Source of the DNA: an uncultured Litorivicinus sp.
Lineage (GTDB): Bacteria > Pseudomonadota > Gammaproteobacteria > Pseudomonadales > Litorivicinaceae
DNA length: 64,000 bases
Direction of reading: 5' to 3'
Assembly (NCBI GenBank): GCA_902541775.1
Contig: CACBSE010000002.1
Location: 15,677 to 79,676 of the forward strand
Part shown: one piece after another, positions 34,157-48,332 of the stretch
How the letters are laid out: the number at the start of each line of letters is the position of its first letter
Numbering within the stretch: position 1 is the first letter of the stretch
Made by a program: the position numbers and the translations under genes
Notes under the pieces: generated by a model
Told to the model about the DNA's origin: nothing
Database searches by the model: none
Seen by the model: the letters and a program-made list of their open reading frames with translations, nothing else

Positions 34157-35104
34157 ATGTTGCGAGTCCTTTTTGCCGGCACTCCTGAGTTCGCTGTCCC
34201 AACGCTTGAGGCACTCATCGACGATCCGGAGATATCAGTAGAGTGCGTCTTAAGTCAGCCAGACCGCCCAAGCGGTAGAGGAAAAAAGCTGTCAGAAAGT
34301 GCCATCAAGCGGTGTGCGATCGCCTATGGCTTGGCTGTAAGACAACCAGAAACGTTAAAGGATCCCGCAGAAGTAAACTGGATTCGGGAGCAACATTTTG
34401 ATGCCTTGGTCGTCGTTGCATATGGACAAATTCTGAGAGCAGACGTCCTGGAAAGTCCTCGCCTCGGCTGCCTCAATGTTCACGCGTCCCTTCTTCCACG
34501 TTGGCGCGGGGCAGCGCCCTTGCAGCGGGCAATCGAAGCAGGTGACACAGAAACCGGGATAACCATCATATTGATGGACGAGGGCCTCGATACAGGGCCG
34601 ATGCTAGCTACATCATCCGTGCAAATCGATGAATCGACGACCACGACCAAACTCCATGATCAACTCGCAACGATTGGTGGTCCTTTACTCGTCGACACGT
34701 TGAAAAAACTTAATAGTGGCTTCGTCATACCCAAACGCCAGCCGGACGAAGGGATCACCTACGCTCACAAAATTTCTACACGAAATGCCTGCATTGACTG
34801 GTATCAAGACCGTCACACTGTCATGCGACAAATCCATGCGTTCAATCCCGTCCCTGGGGCATACACATTTGCAGGCCACAAACGCATGAAAGTTTTCTTG
34901 GTTTCTGAGGCTCAGGGGAAGCAGGCCCGACCTGGGACCCTTTGGAAAATAGAAAATCAAATCCTCGTCAGCACTCAAACAGGTAATCTTCAGATCCTCG
35001 AATGCCAACTTCCCGGTGGCAAACGACTATCCCAAGAACATATGATGTCCCACCAAACAGCTCCTTGGAACCAGACGACGACGCTGACGGAGCAGTCGGC
35101 ATGA
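34157..35104 (+). CDS. fmt: Methionyl-tRNA formyltransferase
   Basis: FAGTPEFA, QPDRPSGRG, VVAYG, NVHASLLPRWRGAAP, LDTG. Confidence 0.97.
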   Translation: MLRVLFAGTPEFAVPTLEALIDDPEISVECVLSQPDRPSGRGKKLSESAIKRCAIAYGLAVRQPETLKDPAEVNWIREQHFDALVVVAYGQILRADVLESPRLGCLNVHASLLPRWRGAAPLQRAIEAGDTETGITIILMDEGLDTGPMLATSSVQIDESTTTTKLHDQLATIGGPLLVDTLKKLNSGFVIPKRQPDEGITYAHKISTRNACIDWYQDRHTVMRQIHAFNPVPGAYTFAGHKRMKVFLVSEAQGKQARPGTLWKIENQILVSTQTGNLQILECQLPGGKRLSQEHMMSHQTAPWNQTTTLTEQSA

Positions 35105-36417
35105 AAAAATCCGCCAGGGCTCATGCAGCTGAAATAATTAATGCACTTCAAAATCAACAGTCAAATCTTGATGCTCTGCTCCGTAAACACACTAAAAATC
35201 TTAGTCCAAATGACAAAAAACTGCTCCAATCGATTTGCTATGGTATGTGTCGTGAATGGTTTCATCTCGATGAAATTGAGGCACACCTTTTAGATAAACC
35301 ACTCAAGGCACGAGATCAGATATTAAGTGCCATTGTCCGGTGCGGTGTCTACGAACTCGGCTGGATGGGAAGCAAAGAGCATGCTGTTGTCTCTGAATAT
35401 GTCGATGTCACCCTGGCTGCTGGGCGACCATGGGCAAGAGGGTTAATTAATGCTGTTCTAAGGCAATTTATTCGAAAGAAATCTGAACTCAAAATGGAGC
35501 GGCATTCCAAACAAACCCTTTGGAATCATCCAACTTGGCTCATCGATACGATTCAAGATAGCTGGCCAGACCATTGGGAACAAATTCTAGTCGAAAATAA
35601 CGTGCATCCCCCGATGACACTTCGCGTAAATAGAAAAAAAGTAGATCGCGACACGTATGTCAAATGGCTAGCATCTCGGGGAATTCATGCACATGCTGGT
35701 TCCTCACCCGATTCAGTGCGTCTTTCCGAACCAATGGCAGTCCAATCTTTAGATGGATTTGCAGAAGGCCTGGTCAGCGTTCAAGACGAGTCCAGCCAAT
35801 GGGCCTCAATCATTCTTGATCCTCACCCCAACGAACGCATTCTCGACGCATGTGCAGCTCCCGGAGGGAAAACCTGTCATTTACTCGAAATCGCGGATGC
35901 ACAGATCACCGCTCTCGATATCAGTGAACAGCGACTATCGCGCATCAAAGAGAATCTCGTACGACTCGGCCTCCGAGCAGATCTAGTCGCTGCAGATGCA
36001 TCGCATACAGGTAGTTGGTGGGATCAAGAGCCATTTGATGCAATACTTCTCGATCTTCCGTGTTCTGCCACCGGAGTGATCCGTAGAAATCCTGATGTCC
36101 GACTTATGCGGTCAGAGGCCTCACTCAAGTCACTCCTTGGGATGCAATCCATGATTTTGGATGCAACGTGGGAAACCCTGAAAATTAACGGGCGATTCTT
36201 GGTTACGACCTGCTCAATATTACCTCAGGAAAATGAGCATCAAATCCGCAAGTTCCTTGATCGACACTCCGATGCTGCACTGGTCCAAATTGAGGGTGTC
36301 CCTGGAATCCGTACGCAATTTGGCATGCAACATTTTCCTCTACATACCGGGGGAGATGGCTTCTTTTACTCGCTTCTGGTTAAATCAGCATCCACTAACG
36401 GCAGGGTATCGGCTTGA
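35101..36417 (+). CDS. rsmB: 16S rRNA m5C967 methyltransferase
   Basis: NusB-like N-domain, [28 protein letters not shown]. Start ATG 35101 overlaps the fmt stop. Confidence 0.95.
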   Translation: MKKSARAHAAEIINALQNQQSNLDALLRKHTKNLSPNDKKLLQSICYGMCREWFHLDEIEAHLLDKPLKARDQILSAIVRCGVYELGWMGSKEHAVVSEYVDVTLAAGRPWARGLINAVLRQFIRKKSELKMERHSKQTLWNHPTWLIDTIQDSWPDHWEQILVENNVHPPMTLRVNRKKVDRDTYVKWLASRGIHAHAGSSPDSVRLSEPMAVQSLDGFAEGLVSVQDESSQWASIILDPHPNERILDACAAPGGKTCHLLEIADAQITALDISEQRLSRIKENLVRLGLRADLVAADASHTGSWWDQEPFDAILLDLPCSATGVIRRNPDVRLMRSEASLKSLLGMQSMILDATWETLKINGRFLVTTCSILPQENEHQIRKFLDRHSDAALVQIEGVPGIRTQFGMQHFPLHTGGDGFFYSLLVKSASTNGRVSA

Positions 36418-37805
36418 AAATCATTATCCTTGGCGCAGGGCAGGTTGGCGCTACCCTAGCGGAAAATCTGGCCTCCGAATCCAACGACATCACAGTGGTG
36501 GATACTGATCGCATCCGGTTAAGGGCCTTACAAGACCGTCTAGATATTCGCACCATCCACGGAAACGCGTCCTATCCAGATATCTTGAGACAAGCCGGCG
36601 GAATTGACGCCGATATGCTAATTGCTGTGACCAATTCCGATGAAATCAATATGGTCGCTTGTCAAATTAGCCATGCACTGTTTCGAACACCGACAAAAAT
36701 CGCTCGTGTCAGATCACCAGCATATGACGGGGCAGACGTTAACAAGACAAACCCCCTTTTCGGTGGAAAAGCGGCGCTTCATATCGATCAAATCATTCGT
36801 CCCGAACAGCTCGTTACAGAAGCGATTTTCAGGCTAATCCAACAACCTGGAGCTTTGCAGGTAATGGATTTCGCGGGAGGCTTGGTTCAGCTTGTCGCTG
36901 TTCGAGCATACTCCGATGGCGCGCTCGTCGGTCGAGAATTGAAGGATTTACGCCAAGATTTACCACAGGTAGATACCAGAGTTGCGGCTATTTTTCGTAA
37001 AGATCGTCCAACCATACCCCGGGGTGATACGGTCATCGAAGCAGATGATGAAGTTTTTTTTCTGGCCGCCAGGAAAAACATCCGGGCCGTTGTTTCAGAG
37101 CTTCAGAAACTCGAAAAGCCATACCGCAGGATTCTCATAGCGGGCGGCGGAAATATTGGCGCACGACTTGCGATTTCGCTTGAAAACCAGTATCGCGTGA
37201 AATTAATCGAGCGCGGCCAAACTCGTTGCAAAGAGCTATCCGAATTACTGAATAAAACAGTAGTTCTGCAAGGTGATGCATCTGATCAAGACTTGTTGCT
37301 GGAGGAGCGAATCGATGATGTTGACGTATTCTGTGCAGTCACCAATAGTGACGAAGCCAATATCATGTCATCGATGCTGGCAAAAAAACTCGGCGCCCGT
37401 AAAGTGATGACGCTCATTAATAATGCCGCTTATGTGGACTTGGTTCAGGGTGGATTAGTCGATATTGCAGTGAGCCCCGAACAGGCGACAATTGGATCGC
37501 TATTGCAGCTTGTTCGACGGGGGTCGATCCAGGCCGCACACTCATTGCGACGTGGTGCCGCCGAAGCAATCGAGGCGATAGCGCATGGTGACGCTCGATC
37601 AAGCCGAGTGGTTGGTAGGCCTATCAGCGAGATTGATCTCCCATCGGGCGCAACGATCGGGGCGATTGTGCGTGAAGACGAAGTGTTAATTGCACATGAT
37701 CACACCAAAATTGAGCATCAAGATCATGTCATTATGTTTCTGACAGACAAACGCAAGATCACCGATATTGAGCGCTTGTTCTCCGTCGCCCCAACATTTC
37801 TGTAA
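36414..37805 (+). CDS. trkA: Trk system K+ uptake NAD-binding subunit
   Basis: Two RCK pairs, GAGQVG and GGGNIG. Confidence 0.96.
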   Translation: MKIIILGAGQVGATLAENLASESNDITVVDTDRIRLRALQDRLDIRTIHGNASYPDILRQAGGIDADMLIAVTNSDEINMVACQISHALFRTPTKIARVRSPAYDGADVNKTNPLFGGKAALHIDQIIRPEQLVTEAIFRLIQQPGALQVMDFAGGLVQLVAVRAYSDGALVGRELKDLRQDLPQVDTRVAAIFRKDRPTIPRGDTVIEADDEVFFLAARKNIRAVVSELQKLEKPYRRILIAGGGNIGARLAISLENQYRVKLIERGQTRCKELSELLNKTVVLQGDASDQDLLLEERIDDVDVFCAVTNSDEANIMSSMLAKKLGARKVMTLINNAAYVDLVQGGLVDIAVSPEQATIGSLLQLVRRGSIQAAHSLRRGAAEAIEAIAHGDARSSRVVGRPISEIDLPSGATIGAIVREDEVLIAHDHTKIEHQDHVIMFLTDKRKITDIERLFSVAPTFL

Positions 37806-39256
37806 TGATGAATTTCGGTCCGACACTCCGAATTCTGGGTCTATTACTCATGCTATTCAGTTTGACCATGCTTCCACCCATTGGTGTCAGTCTCATTTTC
37901 GGAGATGGCCAAATACCACTTTTTGGAGCCGCCGCTTTTCTAATATTCGGGGCGGGATTGTTGAGCTGGCTTCCGGCGAAACGACAAAAAAAAGATCTGA
38001 GAATCCGTGATGGCTTCGTGATCACAGTGTTATTTTGGTTAGTGCTTGGAAGTGCGGGAAGCGTCCCACTCGCGCTATCAGACCAATTGAACCTGAGCGT
38101 CACCGATGCAGTTTTTGAATCAATTAGTGGCTTAACGACTACTGGTGCGACGGTCATCATTGGACTTGATAATTTACCTGAGTCAATTCTATTCTACCGA
38201 CAACAACTCCAATGGCTCGGGGGCATGGGCATTGTGGTCTTAGCCGTTGCGATTCTCCCAATGCTGGGGATTGGGGGAATGCAGCTCTACCGTGCTGAAA
38301 CTCCCGGTCCAGTGAAAGATGCCAAATTGTCGCCAAGGATTGCCGAAACAGCAAAAGCGCTGTGGTTGATTTATTTATCGTTGACCACTGCATGTACCGT
38401 TGCCTATTGGATATCCGGGATGGACCTATTTGACGCGATCTGTCATGCGTTTTCGACAATCGCGATTGGTGGCTTTTCCCCCTACGACGCGTCGATCGGC
38501 TATTTTGATAGCGTGACCATTGAATCCGTCGCGATCATTTTTATGATTGTTTCAGGTATGAATTTTTCGTTGCATTTTATTGCGTGGCACAACAATTCCG
38601 TTCGCCATTACCTCCATGACCCAGAGTGGAAGTCATACCTTTTGTTCTTATTCACCTTATCGATGCTGATATCGCTTGTTTTGGTGGCCAGTGATACTTA
38701 CGCTGTTAACGAGGCCTTTCGTAAAGGTATTTTCGAAACGGTGTCAATTGCCACAACAACTGGTTTTACGACTTCAGACTTCGTAACCTGGCCTACCTTT
38801 ATTCCATTTCTACTTTTAATGAGTGCATTTATCGGCGCATGCGCCGGTTCAACTGGAGGCGGCATTAAAATCATCCGTCTGTTGTTACTGTACAAACAAG
38901 GTTCTCGAGAAATTAAGCGCCTGATTCATCCTAATGCGGTGATACCAATAAAAATCGGCAAGAAGCCTGTGAGCTCACGGGTTATTGACGCTGTATGGGG
39001 TTTTCTAGCAGCGTATGTGCTGATATTTGCCGTATTGATGCTGATTTGCATGGCGTTAGGGGAAGATCCGATCACTGCATATTCCGCGGTCGGAGCCTGC
39101 TTGAACAATCTTGGACCAGGACTTGGCGAAGCATCCGTAAATTATGCATCGTTATCCGATGGGACTAAGTATGTTCTGAGCTTCGCAATGCTTCTCGGCC
39201 GCCTGGAATTATTTACCCTATTGGTCGTGTTATCACCGTCTTTCTGGGAGCGTTAA
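37805..39256 (+). CDS. trkH: Trk system K+ uptake membrane protein
   Basis: FESISGLTTTGAT, QWLGGMG, AGSTGGG, LNNLGPG, LLGRLE. Confidence 0.96.
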   Translation: MMNFGPTLRILGLLLMLFSLTMLPPIGVSLIFGDGQIPLFGAAAFLIFGAGLLSWLPAKRQKKDLRIRDGFVITVLFWLVLGSAGSVPLALSDQLNLSVTDAVFESISGLTTTGATVIIGLDNLPESILFYRQQLQWLGGMGIVVLAVAILPMLGIGGMQLYRAETPGPVKDAKLSPRIAETAKALWLIYLSLTTACTVAYWISGMDLFDAICHAFSTIAIGGFSPYDASIGYFDSVTIESVAIIFMIVSGMNFSLHFIAWHNNSVRHYLHDPEWKSYLLFLFTLSMLISLVLVASDTYAVNEAFRKGIFETVSIATTTGFTTSDFVTWPTFIPFLLLMSAFIGACAGSTGGGIKIIRLLLLYKQGSREIKRLIHPNAVIPIKIGKKPVSSRVIDAVWGFLAAYVLIFAVLMLICMALGEDPITAYSAVGACLNNLGPGLGEASVNYASLSDGTKYVLSFAMLLGRLELFTLLVVLSPSFWER

Positions 39257-40113
39257 GGATAGCGAAGCGTCCCATCAGGAGCATTCCGGAAACGACGATA
39301 TTCCCACTGATATTGGGCCGGGTTATCGCGGACTAAACTCTCAATTTCGCGATTCATAAAAGTGAGCCACGCTTGCTGGTCATGATCCATCGGTGCCGGC
39401 ATTTGTTTCAATACGATTTCATATCCGTGGTCACGCTTTATAGCTGCACCAATAAACACCACTGCATCTGTGGCAAAAGCCAAGCGATAAGGAAGGACCG
39501 GAGTGAGAACTTGGTGGCCAAAAAATGGCGCAAATACACCATCACCCTCTTTCGGAGCCTGATCAGGGAGTACTATCGCCATCCCTTGGGACTTCAAACA
39601 CTTCAATATTTGTTTGACTCCCCGCGTCGTTGCAGGAACCAGCTGGTTTCCCCCGCGCTCTCTAGCACCACGAACTAAATCTGAAATTTCGGGGACCCTC
39701 AGGGGACGAAACATGGCTGTGTAAGGACGAGATTGACTCAACCAAATACCAAAAAGCTCCCAATTACCGATATGCGGTAAAAGGATGAGTGTGGGTTGCT
39801 CTCGAGTTTGCGATTGAAATTCGTGAAAACCAGACACTTGAGACACTTGCCGGTGCGAATAATCAACAGACTTCACCCAAGTGGTAATCAGATCGAAAAA
39901 CTTGCCACAAAGCTCTCGAAGCGAATCCCGGACAAGGATAGATCTCTGGCTTACAGAAGCGTTTGGATAGGCTAAGGCGATATTTTTTCGGGTGACTCGG
40001 GCCGACTGATTTGGAAAATAAATCAAAAAAATACCCATGATCTTTGCCATCGTGGATTTTACAAATTTGGGCATTTGGCCTAGAAACCAAACCAACCGGT
40101 GAATCAACTGCAC
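39253..40113 (-). CDS. Second lipid A / lysophospholipid acyltransferase (HtrB family)
   Basis: PHIGNWE, LPDQ, FAPFFG, QYQWEYRRF. Confidence 0.87.
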   Translation of the reverse strand: MQLIHRLVWFLGQMPKFVKSTMAKIMGIFLIYFPNQSARVTRKNIALAYPNASVSQRSILVRDSLRELCGKFFDLITTWVKSVDYSHRQVSQVSGFHEFQSQTREQPTLILLPHIGNWELFGIWLSQSRPYTAMFRPLRVPEISDLVRGARERGGNQLVPATTRGVKQILKCLKSQGMAIVLPDQAPKEGDGVFAPFFGHQVLTPVLPYRLAFATDAVVFIGAAIKRDHGYEIVLKQMPAPMDHDQQAWLTFMNREIESLVRDNPAQYQWEYRRFRNAPDGTLRYP

Positions 40114-40169
40114 AAATTATTTACCTGTTAGCTATACTGTGACCCCTTATCTTGGCTGACGGAACAACT

Positions 40170-41114
40170 ATGCCGACACCTGGCGCACCAGATATTTCAA
40201 CTTTCCAAGGACTCATCCTCGCCCTGCAGCAATATTGGGCTGCTCAAGGCTGTATCATTTTACAACCGTATGACATGGAAGTGGGTGCTGGAACCTTTCA
40301 TCCAGCAACTTTCCTGAGAGCAATAGGCCCCGAACGGTGGAACGCGGCTTATGTTCAGCCGTCGAGACGCCCAACAGACGGACGTTATGGGGAAAACCCT
40401 AATCGAGGACAACACTATTATCAGTTTCAGGTTGTCATGAAGCCAAACCCACAGAATCTCGTTGATCTCTACTTCGGATCTTTGAAATATCTTGGGATTG
40501 ACCCAGAGATTCATGATCTGAGACTAGTCGAAGATAATTGGGAATCACCGACTCTCGGTGCATGGGGGCTCGGTTGGGAGGTTTGGCTTAACGGAATGGA
40601 AGTCACTCAATTCACCTATTTCCAACAAGTTGGTGGGCTTGAGTGCTATCCCGTAACAGGTGAGCTGACCTATGGTCTTGAGCGCATCGCAATGTATCTG
40701 CAAAACGTCGAGTCAATGTTTGACTTGGTTTGGACTAAAACAGCTGAAGATTCCGTAACGTACGGAGACGTATTTTTTCAAAATGAGCAGGAAATGAGTG
40801 CATACAATTTCGAGCACGCTAATACGGATTGGCTGTGTAGTGCGTTTGATGAAGCAGAGGTTGCTTGTCAGCGATTATTGCAGTCTTCGCTTCCATTGCC
40901 TGCATATGAACAAGTTCTTAAGGCTAGCCATACATTTAATCTACTCGATGCAAGGCATGCGATTAGCGTGACGGAGAGACAAAGATATATCTTGAAAGTA
41001 AGAAACTTAGCCCGCCAAGTCGCTGAGAGTTATTTTGAGTCAAGAAAAAGCGCCGGGTTTCCTCTAGCTAACAATAGGTTAAGAGCGGAAGTATTGGAAG
41101 GGACCAGAGGATGA
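40170..41114 (+). CDS. glyQ: Glycine-tRNA ligase alpha subunit
   Basis: [40 protein letters not shown]. Confidence 0.98.
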   Translation: MPTPGAPDISTFQGLILALQQYWAAQGCIILQPYDMEVGAGTFHPATFLRAIGPERWNAAYVQPSRRPTDGRYGENPNRGQHYYQFQVVMKPNPQNLVDLYFGSLKYLGIDPEIHDLRLVEDNWESPTLGAWGLGWEVWLNGMEVTQFTYFQQVGGLECYPVTGELTYGLERIAMYLQNVESMFDLVWTKTAEDSVTYGDVFFQNEQEMSAYNFEHANTDWLCSAFDEAEVACQRLLQSSLPLPAYEQVLKASHTFNLLDARHAISVTERQRYILKVRNLARQVAESYFESRKSAGFPLANNRLRAEVLEGTRG

Positions 41115-43165
41115 CGACTTTTGTGTTTGAACTTGGTTGCGAAGAACTTCCCTCCTCGTCACTTCCCTCTTTGAACTCCCAATTCAAGCAACTATTCGCT
41201 CAAGAGCTGAATGATGCATTGTTGGGTTACAAGTCACTATCTGTGATCGCTGCACCTCGTCGGCTTGGTGTTGTCATTGAGGGCGTCGACCAGGCATCTG
41301 AGGACAAACTATTTGAACGGAGAGGTCCCGCGTTTAAAGCAGCATTTCAAGGTGATGAGCCAACTAAAGCACTTCTGGGTTTTTGTCGCGGCCTAAACAT
41401 TAAACCCGAAGATACCTCAGTCATTGATACCGAGAAAGGCCAGTGGGTGGTTTATCGAGGTATCGAACAAGGAAAGTCTGCGTCAGGGGTATTGGGCGAT
41501 ATTTGCCATACTGTAATAGCAGATTTAGCATTATCAAAATCGATGCGCTGGGGAAACGGTCGTGATGAATTTCCAAGGCCTGTCCATTGGGTTTTAGCAA
41601 TGCTCGATAATGCCATCGTGCCATTGACTGTATTCGGAATAGAAAGTGGAAATAAAACCTTCGGGCATCGATTCATGGCACCAGCATCGATCGAGTTGCA
41701 ATCAGCGAGTGAATACCGTGAACGCTTAACTCAGGCGTTTGTCATTGCCGACTTTGAAGCTCGGAAGGCAGCTACCTGGTTGACCATTCAATCGACCGCT
41801 GAATCGAATGGCGTTACGGTGGAGGCGGATGATACGCTTCTTATAGAGATTAACTGCTTGGTCGAGTGGCCGGTTGGTCTATGTGGTGAATTTGAAGAGC
41901 ACTTTTTGGATGTACCGGACATAGCTCTGATAGCGGCGATGAAAGGTCACCAAAAATATTTTCATACCAGAACTGGCAGTGGCAATTTATCTAACAAATT
42001 CATCACAGTATCCAACATCGAAAGTCGCGACGCATCACAGGTAATTGCAGGAAACCAGCGCGTCATTCGCGCCCGTTTGTCTGATGCCAAATTCTTTTTC
42101 GAAACGGACAAAAAACTTTCGCTTGAATCGCGGCGTCCACAACTAGAATCGATTACGTTTCATCCCAAACTCGGGTCTCTTGGGGAGAAAACCAACCGCG
42201 TTTGCAATTTGGCCTGCAAGATGGCGTCGGCAGTCAATGCTGATGGTGCTGTGATGAAACGCGCGGCGGATCTGTCACGGTGCGATCTAGTGTCAGAAAT
42301 GGTTTTGGAATTTGATGAACTCCAAGGCCAGATTGGAACAATTTATGCGGCACTTGATGGTGAGTCTCGCGAAGTCAGTCAGGCAATCCAGGGACTGTAT
42401 CAGCCGGCTGGCGCATCGGATTCCGTCCCTAGTGATGTCTATGGAAGTCTGCTCGCATTAGCGGATCGACTCGATACCCTCGCCGGGCTTTTCGCTATTA
42501 ATCAACCGCCAACAGGTAGCAAAGATCCCTTTGCACTGCGTCGGGCCGCAATTGGACTACTTCGCCTAAATGAACATCCTTTGCTCCAATTTGATCTGAC
42601 TCAGTGGATCAATCAAGCATTTGACGCACAACCGGTAGAGGCCGCGGTCGGTGCGCGTGCGCTAGTAATTCAATTTATCAATGATCGTGAGCGCATTCGC
42701 CTGACTGAATCCGGCTACCCACACGATCTCGTCGTGGCAGTGCAAGCAACTAATGGTTTATCGACAGCAAGCACGGAAAACCGGGTCAAGGCATTAGCGG
42801 AGTTTTCGGAAAAACCAGAATTTAATGCCGTCGTCACAACTAATAAGCGCTTTGTAAATTTATTAAAGGGATCTGATCAAGGTGTCGACCAGATTCAACC
42901 TGCACTTTTTGAACATCCTTCAGAATCGGCGCTTCATGAGTCGGTTATCAACATCTCAAGTCGTGTCGCCGACGCTGTTTCACGTGAAACAATTCCCGAG
43001 GCGATATCGGCACTTCTCGCAATGAAACCAGCCACCGACGCCTTCTTTAAAAATGTGATGATCAATGCAGACAATCAAGCGATTCGCGCGAACCGCCTCG
43101 AACTTTGCCGATCTGTGCGCGATGTTTATCGATTGGTAGCAGACTTTAGCTTGGTTCAGCAGTAA
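41111..43165 (+). CDS. glyS: Glycine-tRNA ligase beta subunit
   Basis: [39 protein letters not shown]. Confidence 0.97.
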   Translation: MTTFVFELGCEELPSSSLPSLNSQFKQLFAQELNDALLGYKSLSVIAAPRRLGVVIEGVDQASEDKLFERRGPAFKAAFQGDEPTKALLGFCRGLNIKPEDTSVIDTEKGQWVVYRGIEQGKSASGVLGDICHTVIADLALSKSMRWGNGRDEFPRPVHWVLAMLDNAIVPLTVFGIESGNKTFGHRFMAPASIELQSASEYRERLTQAFVIADFEARKAATWLTIQSTAESNGVTVEADDTLLIEINCLVEWPVGLCGEFEEHFLDVPDIALIAAMKGHQKYFHTRTGSGNLSNKFITVSNIESRDASQVIAGNQRVIRARLSDAKFFFETDKKLSLESRRPQLESITFHPKLGSLGEKTNRVCNLACKMASAVNADGAVMKRAADLSRCDLVSEMVLEFDELQGQIGTIYAALDGESREVSQAIQGLYQPAGASDSVPSDVYGSLLALADRLDTLAGLFAINQPPTGSKDPFALRRAAIGLLRLNEHPLLQFDLTQWINQAFDAQPVEAAVGARALVIQFINDRERIRLTESGYPHDLVVAVQATNGLSTASTENRVKALAEFSEKPEFNAVVTTNKRFVNLLKGSDQGVDQIQPALFEHPSESALHESVINISSRVADAVSRETIPEAISALLAMKPATDAFFKNVMINADNQAIRANRLELCRSVRDVYRLVADFSLVQQ
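42976..42991. promoter_or_regulatory. parS centromere site (within glyS)
   Basis: Perfect TGTTTCACGTGAAACA. Confidence 0.9.
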
Positions 43166-43171
43166 TCCCAA

Positions 43172-43705
43172 ATGCCAACGATTGTTCTCGACCGCGACGG
43201 CGTTATTAATTATGACTCCGATGCGTATATCAAAGATCCGGGCGAATGGTATGCCATTAAAGGATCTTTGGATGCAATCAAACGCCTTAACGATGCAGGC
43301 TATGACGTGTGCGTAGCAACTAATCAAAGCGGCCTAGGCCGAGACCTATTTTCGATTGACACCTTGGCGGCCATCCATCAGAAAATGATCAGCGAACTGG
43401 AAGCACTAGGGGGGCATATTCAAGTAATCGTGTTCTGTCCACATCATCCAGATATCGGTTGCGGCTGTCGAAAGCCGGAACCAGGGTTACTTCAAGCAAT
43501 AAATGCACAGTTTCAACTCGATCCAGATACTTCATGGATGGTTGGAGATACAGGAAAAGATATAGAATGCGCTAGCCGGATGGGAATCCGGAGCGCGCTT
43601 GTGAAAACCGGCAAGGGGCAACGCGAACTGGATAATGGAGTTGTTTCACGTGAAACAACTCCAATCTTTAATGATCTCAGCGAGTTTGTTAACTGGCTTT
43701 TGTGA
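43172..43705 (+). CDS. gmhB: D-glycero-D-manno-heptose 1,7-bisphosphate phosphatase
   Basis: LDRDGVIN, TNQSG, CPHHPDIGCGCRKP, MVGD. Confidence 0.95.
   Translation: MPTIVLDRDGVINYDSDAYIKDPGEWYAIKGSLDAIKRLNDAGYDVCVATNQSGLGRDLFSIDTLAAIHQKMISELEALGGHIQVIVFCPHHPDIGCGCRKPEPGLLQAINAQFQLDPDTSWMVGDTGKDIECASRMGIRSALVKTGKGQRELDNGVVSRETTPIFNDLSEFVNWLL
43642..43657. promoter_or_regulatory. parS centromere site (within gmhB), core of a 28-bp palindrome
   Basis: Perfect TGTTTCACGTGAAACA. The palindrome extends over 43636-43663. Confidence 0.9.
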
Positions 43706-43709
43706 GCCC

Positions 43710-46139
<2,430 letters not shown>

Positions 46140-47216
46140 TTACTCCAATTCAACAGTACCGTGTTTCACGTGAAACACGTTGGCATCTCTAACACAATCA
46201 CAACTCAGTCCGATGCGATCAATATCGACTCCCGTTGCAAGCACCTGAACTTTAGTTTCCAAGATTTCCTGCCAAACTCTGGATAAAAATTCCTTGTCTA
46301 ACTCCGCTCCAATATCATCTAGACACAATACCGGCGAGATCCCAAGATTCACCGCAGCTTGCAGCTGCGACAACATTAGTGCCAGATTCGCCACCTTGAG
46401 CTGGCCCCTGCTTAAGGTATCAGCGGCCCGCTCTTCGGCCCGCCTAATGTCAAAATCTGCCCGCTGAGGGCCCGCCGCAGTAGTCCTCATTTTAACATCC
46501 CTTGACCGACTCTCTCTGAGCGCATCCAGCAATGGCATTGAGCCCCAACCGTTCTTATATTCCAGCTCAAGCTCGATCCCTAAATCTAATCGCTGACACA
46601 GCACCTCAAATAAAGGTTTCACACTATTAAGAAACGAACGGCGCCAATTATCCACGGCCTCACCAAATAGCGCTATCTGACGCTCCCAAGGCTCTAACAC
46701 CCTCCCATCGAGTATACCACTCCGAAGCGCTGTATTCCGCTGTAAAAGAGCTCGCCTCAATGATGAAAAACTGGCTGCATTTCCATTCGACCAATGAAAC
46801 GCTCCCCAATCCAGAAACCGTCGACGACTGCCTGGACTTCCCGAGATTAGATCGGTCACATGAGGGGTCAGATACAACATAGGCAAAACTTTACTCAGCG
46901 CCGCTTGCCCGCGGGCCGTGGCGCCATCCAACCGCAACTTACGATCTTCCTCGCGACTAACCTGGATGGCCATTCGATGCGTCCTCGACGCTTGAGTAAC
47001 CTGACCAAATACTGTCAGACTCGGTTGATCAAAAGCGATCACTGAACGCAATCGCGATGTCACAAAACTTCTACCTGATGAAAGAATAGAGACTGCTTCG
47101 AGGACAGACGTTTTGCCTGCTCCATTACTTCCTAACCATATATTGACAGAAGGCCCGAGGGACAACGATGTCTCCTCAAGCCTCCGTACTTGATGTATAT
47201 GGAGTGATTTGATCAC
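46140..47216 (-). CDS. recF: DNA replication and repair protein RecF
   Basis: GSNGAGKT, RRRFLDW, LSRGQ, LDDIGAELD. Confidence 0.95.
   Translation of the reverse strand: MIKSLHIHQVRRLEETSLSLGPSVNIWLGSNGAGKTSVLEAVSILSSGRSFVTSRLRSVIAFDQPSLTVFGQVTQASRTHRMAIQVSREEDRKLRLDGATARGQAALSKVLPMLYLTPHVTDLISGSPGSRRRFLDWGAFHWSNGNAASFSSLRRALLQRNTALRSGILDGRVLEPWERQIALFGEAVDNWRRSFLNSVKPLFEVLCQRLDLGIELELEYKNGWGSMPLLDALRESRSRDVKMRTTAAGPQRADFDIRRAEERAADTLSRGQLKVANLALMLSQLQAAVNLGISPVLCLDDIGAELDKEFLSRVWQEILETKVQVLATGVDIDRIGLSCDCVRDANVFHVKHGTVELE
46162..46177. promoter_or_regulatory. parS centromere site (within recF 3' end)
   Basis: Perfect TGTTTCACGTGAAACA, within a 20-bp palindrome at 46160-46179. Confidence 0.9.
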
Positions 47217-48326
47217 TTACAAACGCATTGGCATCACAACGTATCGCCCGGTCTCGTCGCCAACCCCCAGGACGAGCGCACTTCGATTGTTATCCCCAAA
47301 GCGCATCTCGACCATTTCTGTCTCGATGGTTGCCAAGACATCTAACAGGTAACTCACATTAAAACCGATTTCGAACCCATCCTGACCAACAAACTCCACA
47401 TCCAGCGACTCTTGGGCTTCTTCTTGCTCGGCATTGTTCGCCATCACATCAATCTGGCCCTGTGTCAACCGCAACCGCACACCGCGGTACTGCTCGCTCG
47501 ACAAAATCGAGGCGCGCAGCAGAACCTCTCGTAACCGTTTACGATCAGCTCTGACCACGTGGTCTCCACCCTGTGGTACCACACGTTCATAATCTGGAAA
47601 CCGCCCATCAATTAATACGCTAGTGAAAACAAATGTTGGTCCCGACACACGAAAATGACTCGTTGAAAACGACAGCTCAACTGTGTTATCAGCACTACTT
47701 GCCAATCTCGCCAATTCCAACACAGCCTTCCGAGGGACGATTAGCGACGACGGCTCCGATGACATGTCTTCTAACGCTGTTTGGTACAAACTCAGTCTAT
47801 GTCCGTCTGTTGCTACCGTACGAAACTCGCCACCGCCGATAGAAAACAACATGCCGTTGAGATAATAACGCACGTCCTGTTGTGCCATCGCAAACTGCGT
47901 CTTCCCAATCGCATCCTGCAACGGGCCCTTCGCTAGCGCCACAGCCGTCAAATCGCCCCGTATTTCCAATCGCGGGTAATCCGCCGCTGGCAGCGTCGCC
48001 AATTTAAACCGCGAACGCCCAGACGACAAAGACATCTGATTACCATCCTGCTTAAATTGAACAACTGACCCCTCGGGCAACGCTTTTGCGATATCAACTA
48101 ACTTCCTACCAGGCACGGTAACCGCACCGCCAGAACCGACTTCCACGAGCTCCATGCTAGTAGAGATCTCTGTATCGAGATCTGTACCGGTAACCACAGC
48201 ACCGGTTGCATCAACCTCAATCAGTACATTGGCCAAGATCGCCATCGTTTGTTTGCGTTCAACCACGGCTGCCGCAGTTTGCGCTTTCTCGAGTAATTCT
48301 TCGCGAGAAACCGAAAATTCCATCAT
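47217..48326 (-). CDS. dnaN: DNA polymerase III beta clamp
   Basis: AMAQQDVRYYLNG, VATDGHRL, GRFPDY, GFNVSYLLD, YVVMPMRL. Confidence 0.98.
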   Translation of the reverse strand: MMEFSVSREELLEKAQTAAAVVERKQTMAILANVLIEVDATGAVVTGTDLDTEISTSMELVEVGSGGAVTVPGRKLVDIAKALPEGSVVQFKQDGNQMSLSSGRSRFKLATLPAADYPRLEIRGDLTAVALAKGPLQDAIGKTQFAMAQQDVRYYLNGMLFSIGGGEFRTVATDGHRLSLYQTALEDMSSEPSSLIVPRKAVLELARLASSADNTVELSFSTSHFRVSGPTFVFTSVLIDGRFPDYERVVPQGGDHVVRADRKRLREVLLRASILSSEQYRGVRLRLTQGQIDVMANNAEQEEAQESLDVEFVGQDGFEIGFNVSYLLDVLATIETEMVEMRFGDNNRSALVLGVGDETGRYVVMPMRL

Positions 48327-48332
48327 CGCTCC

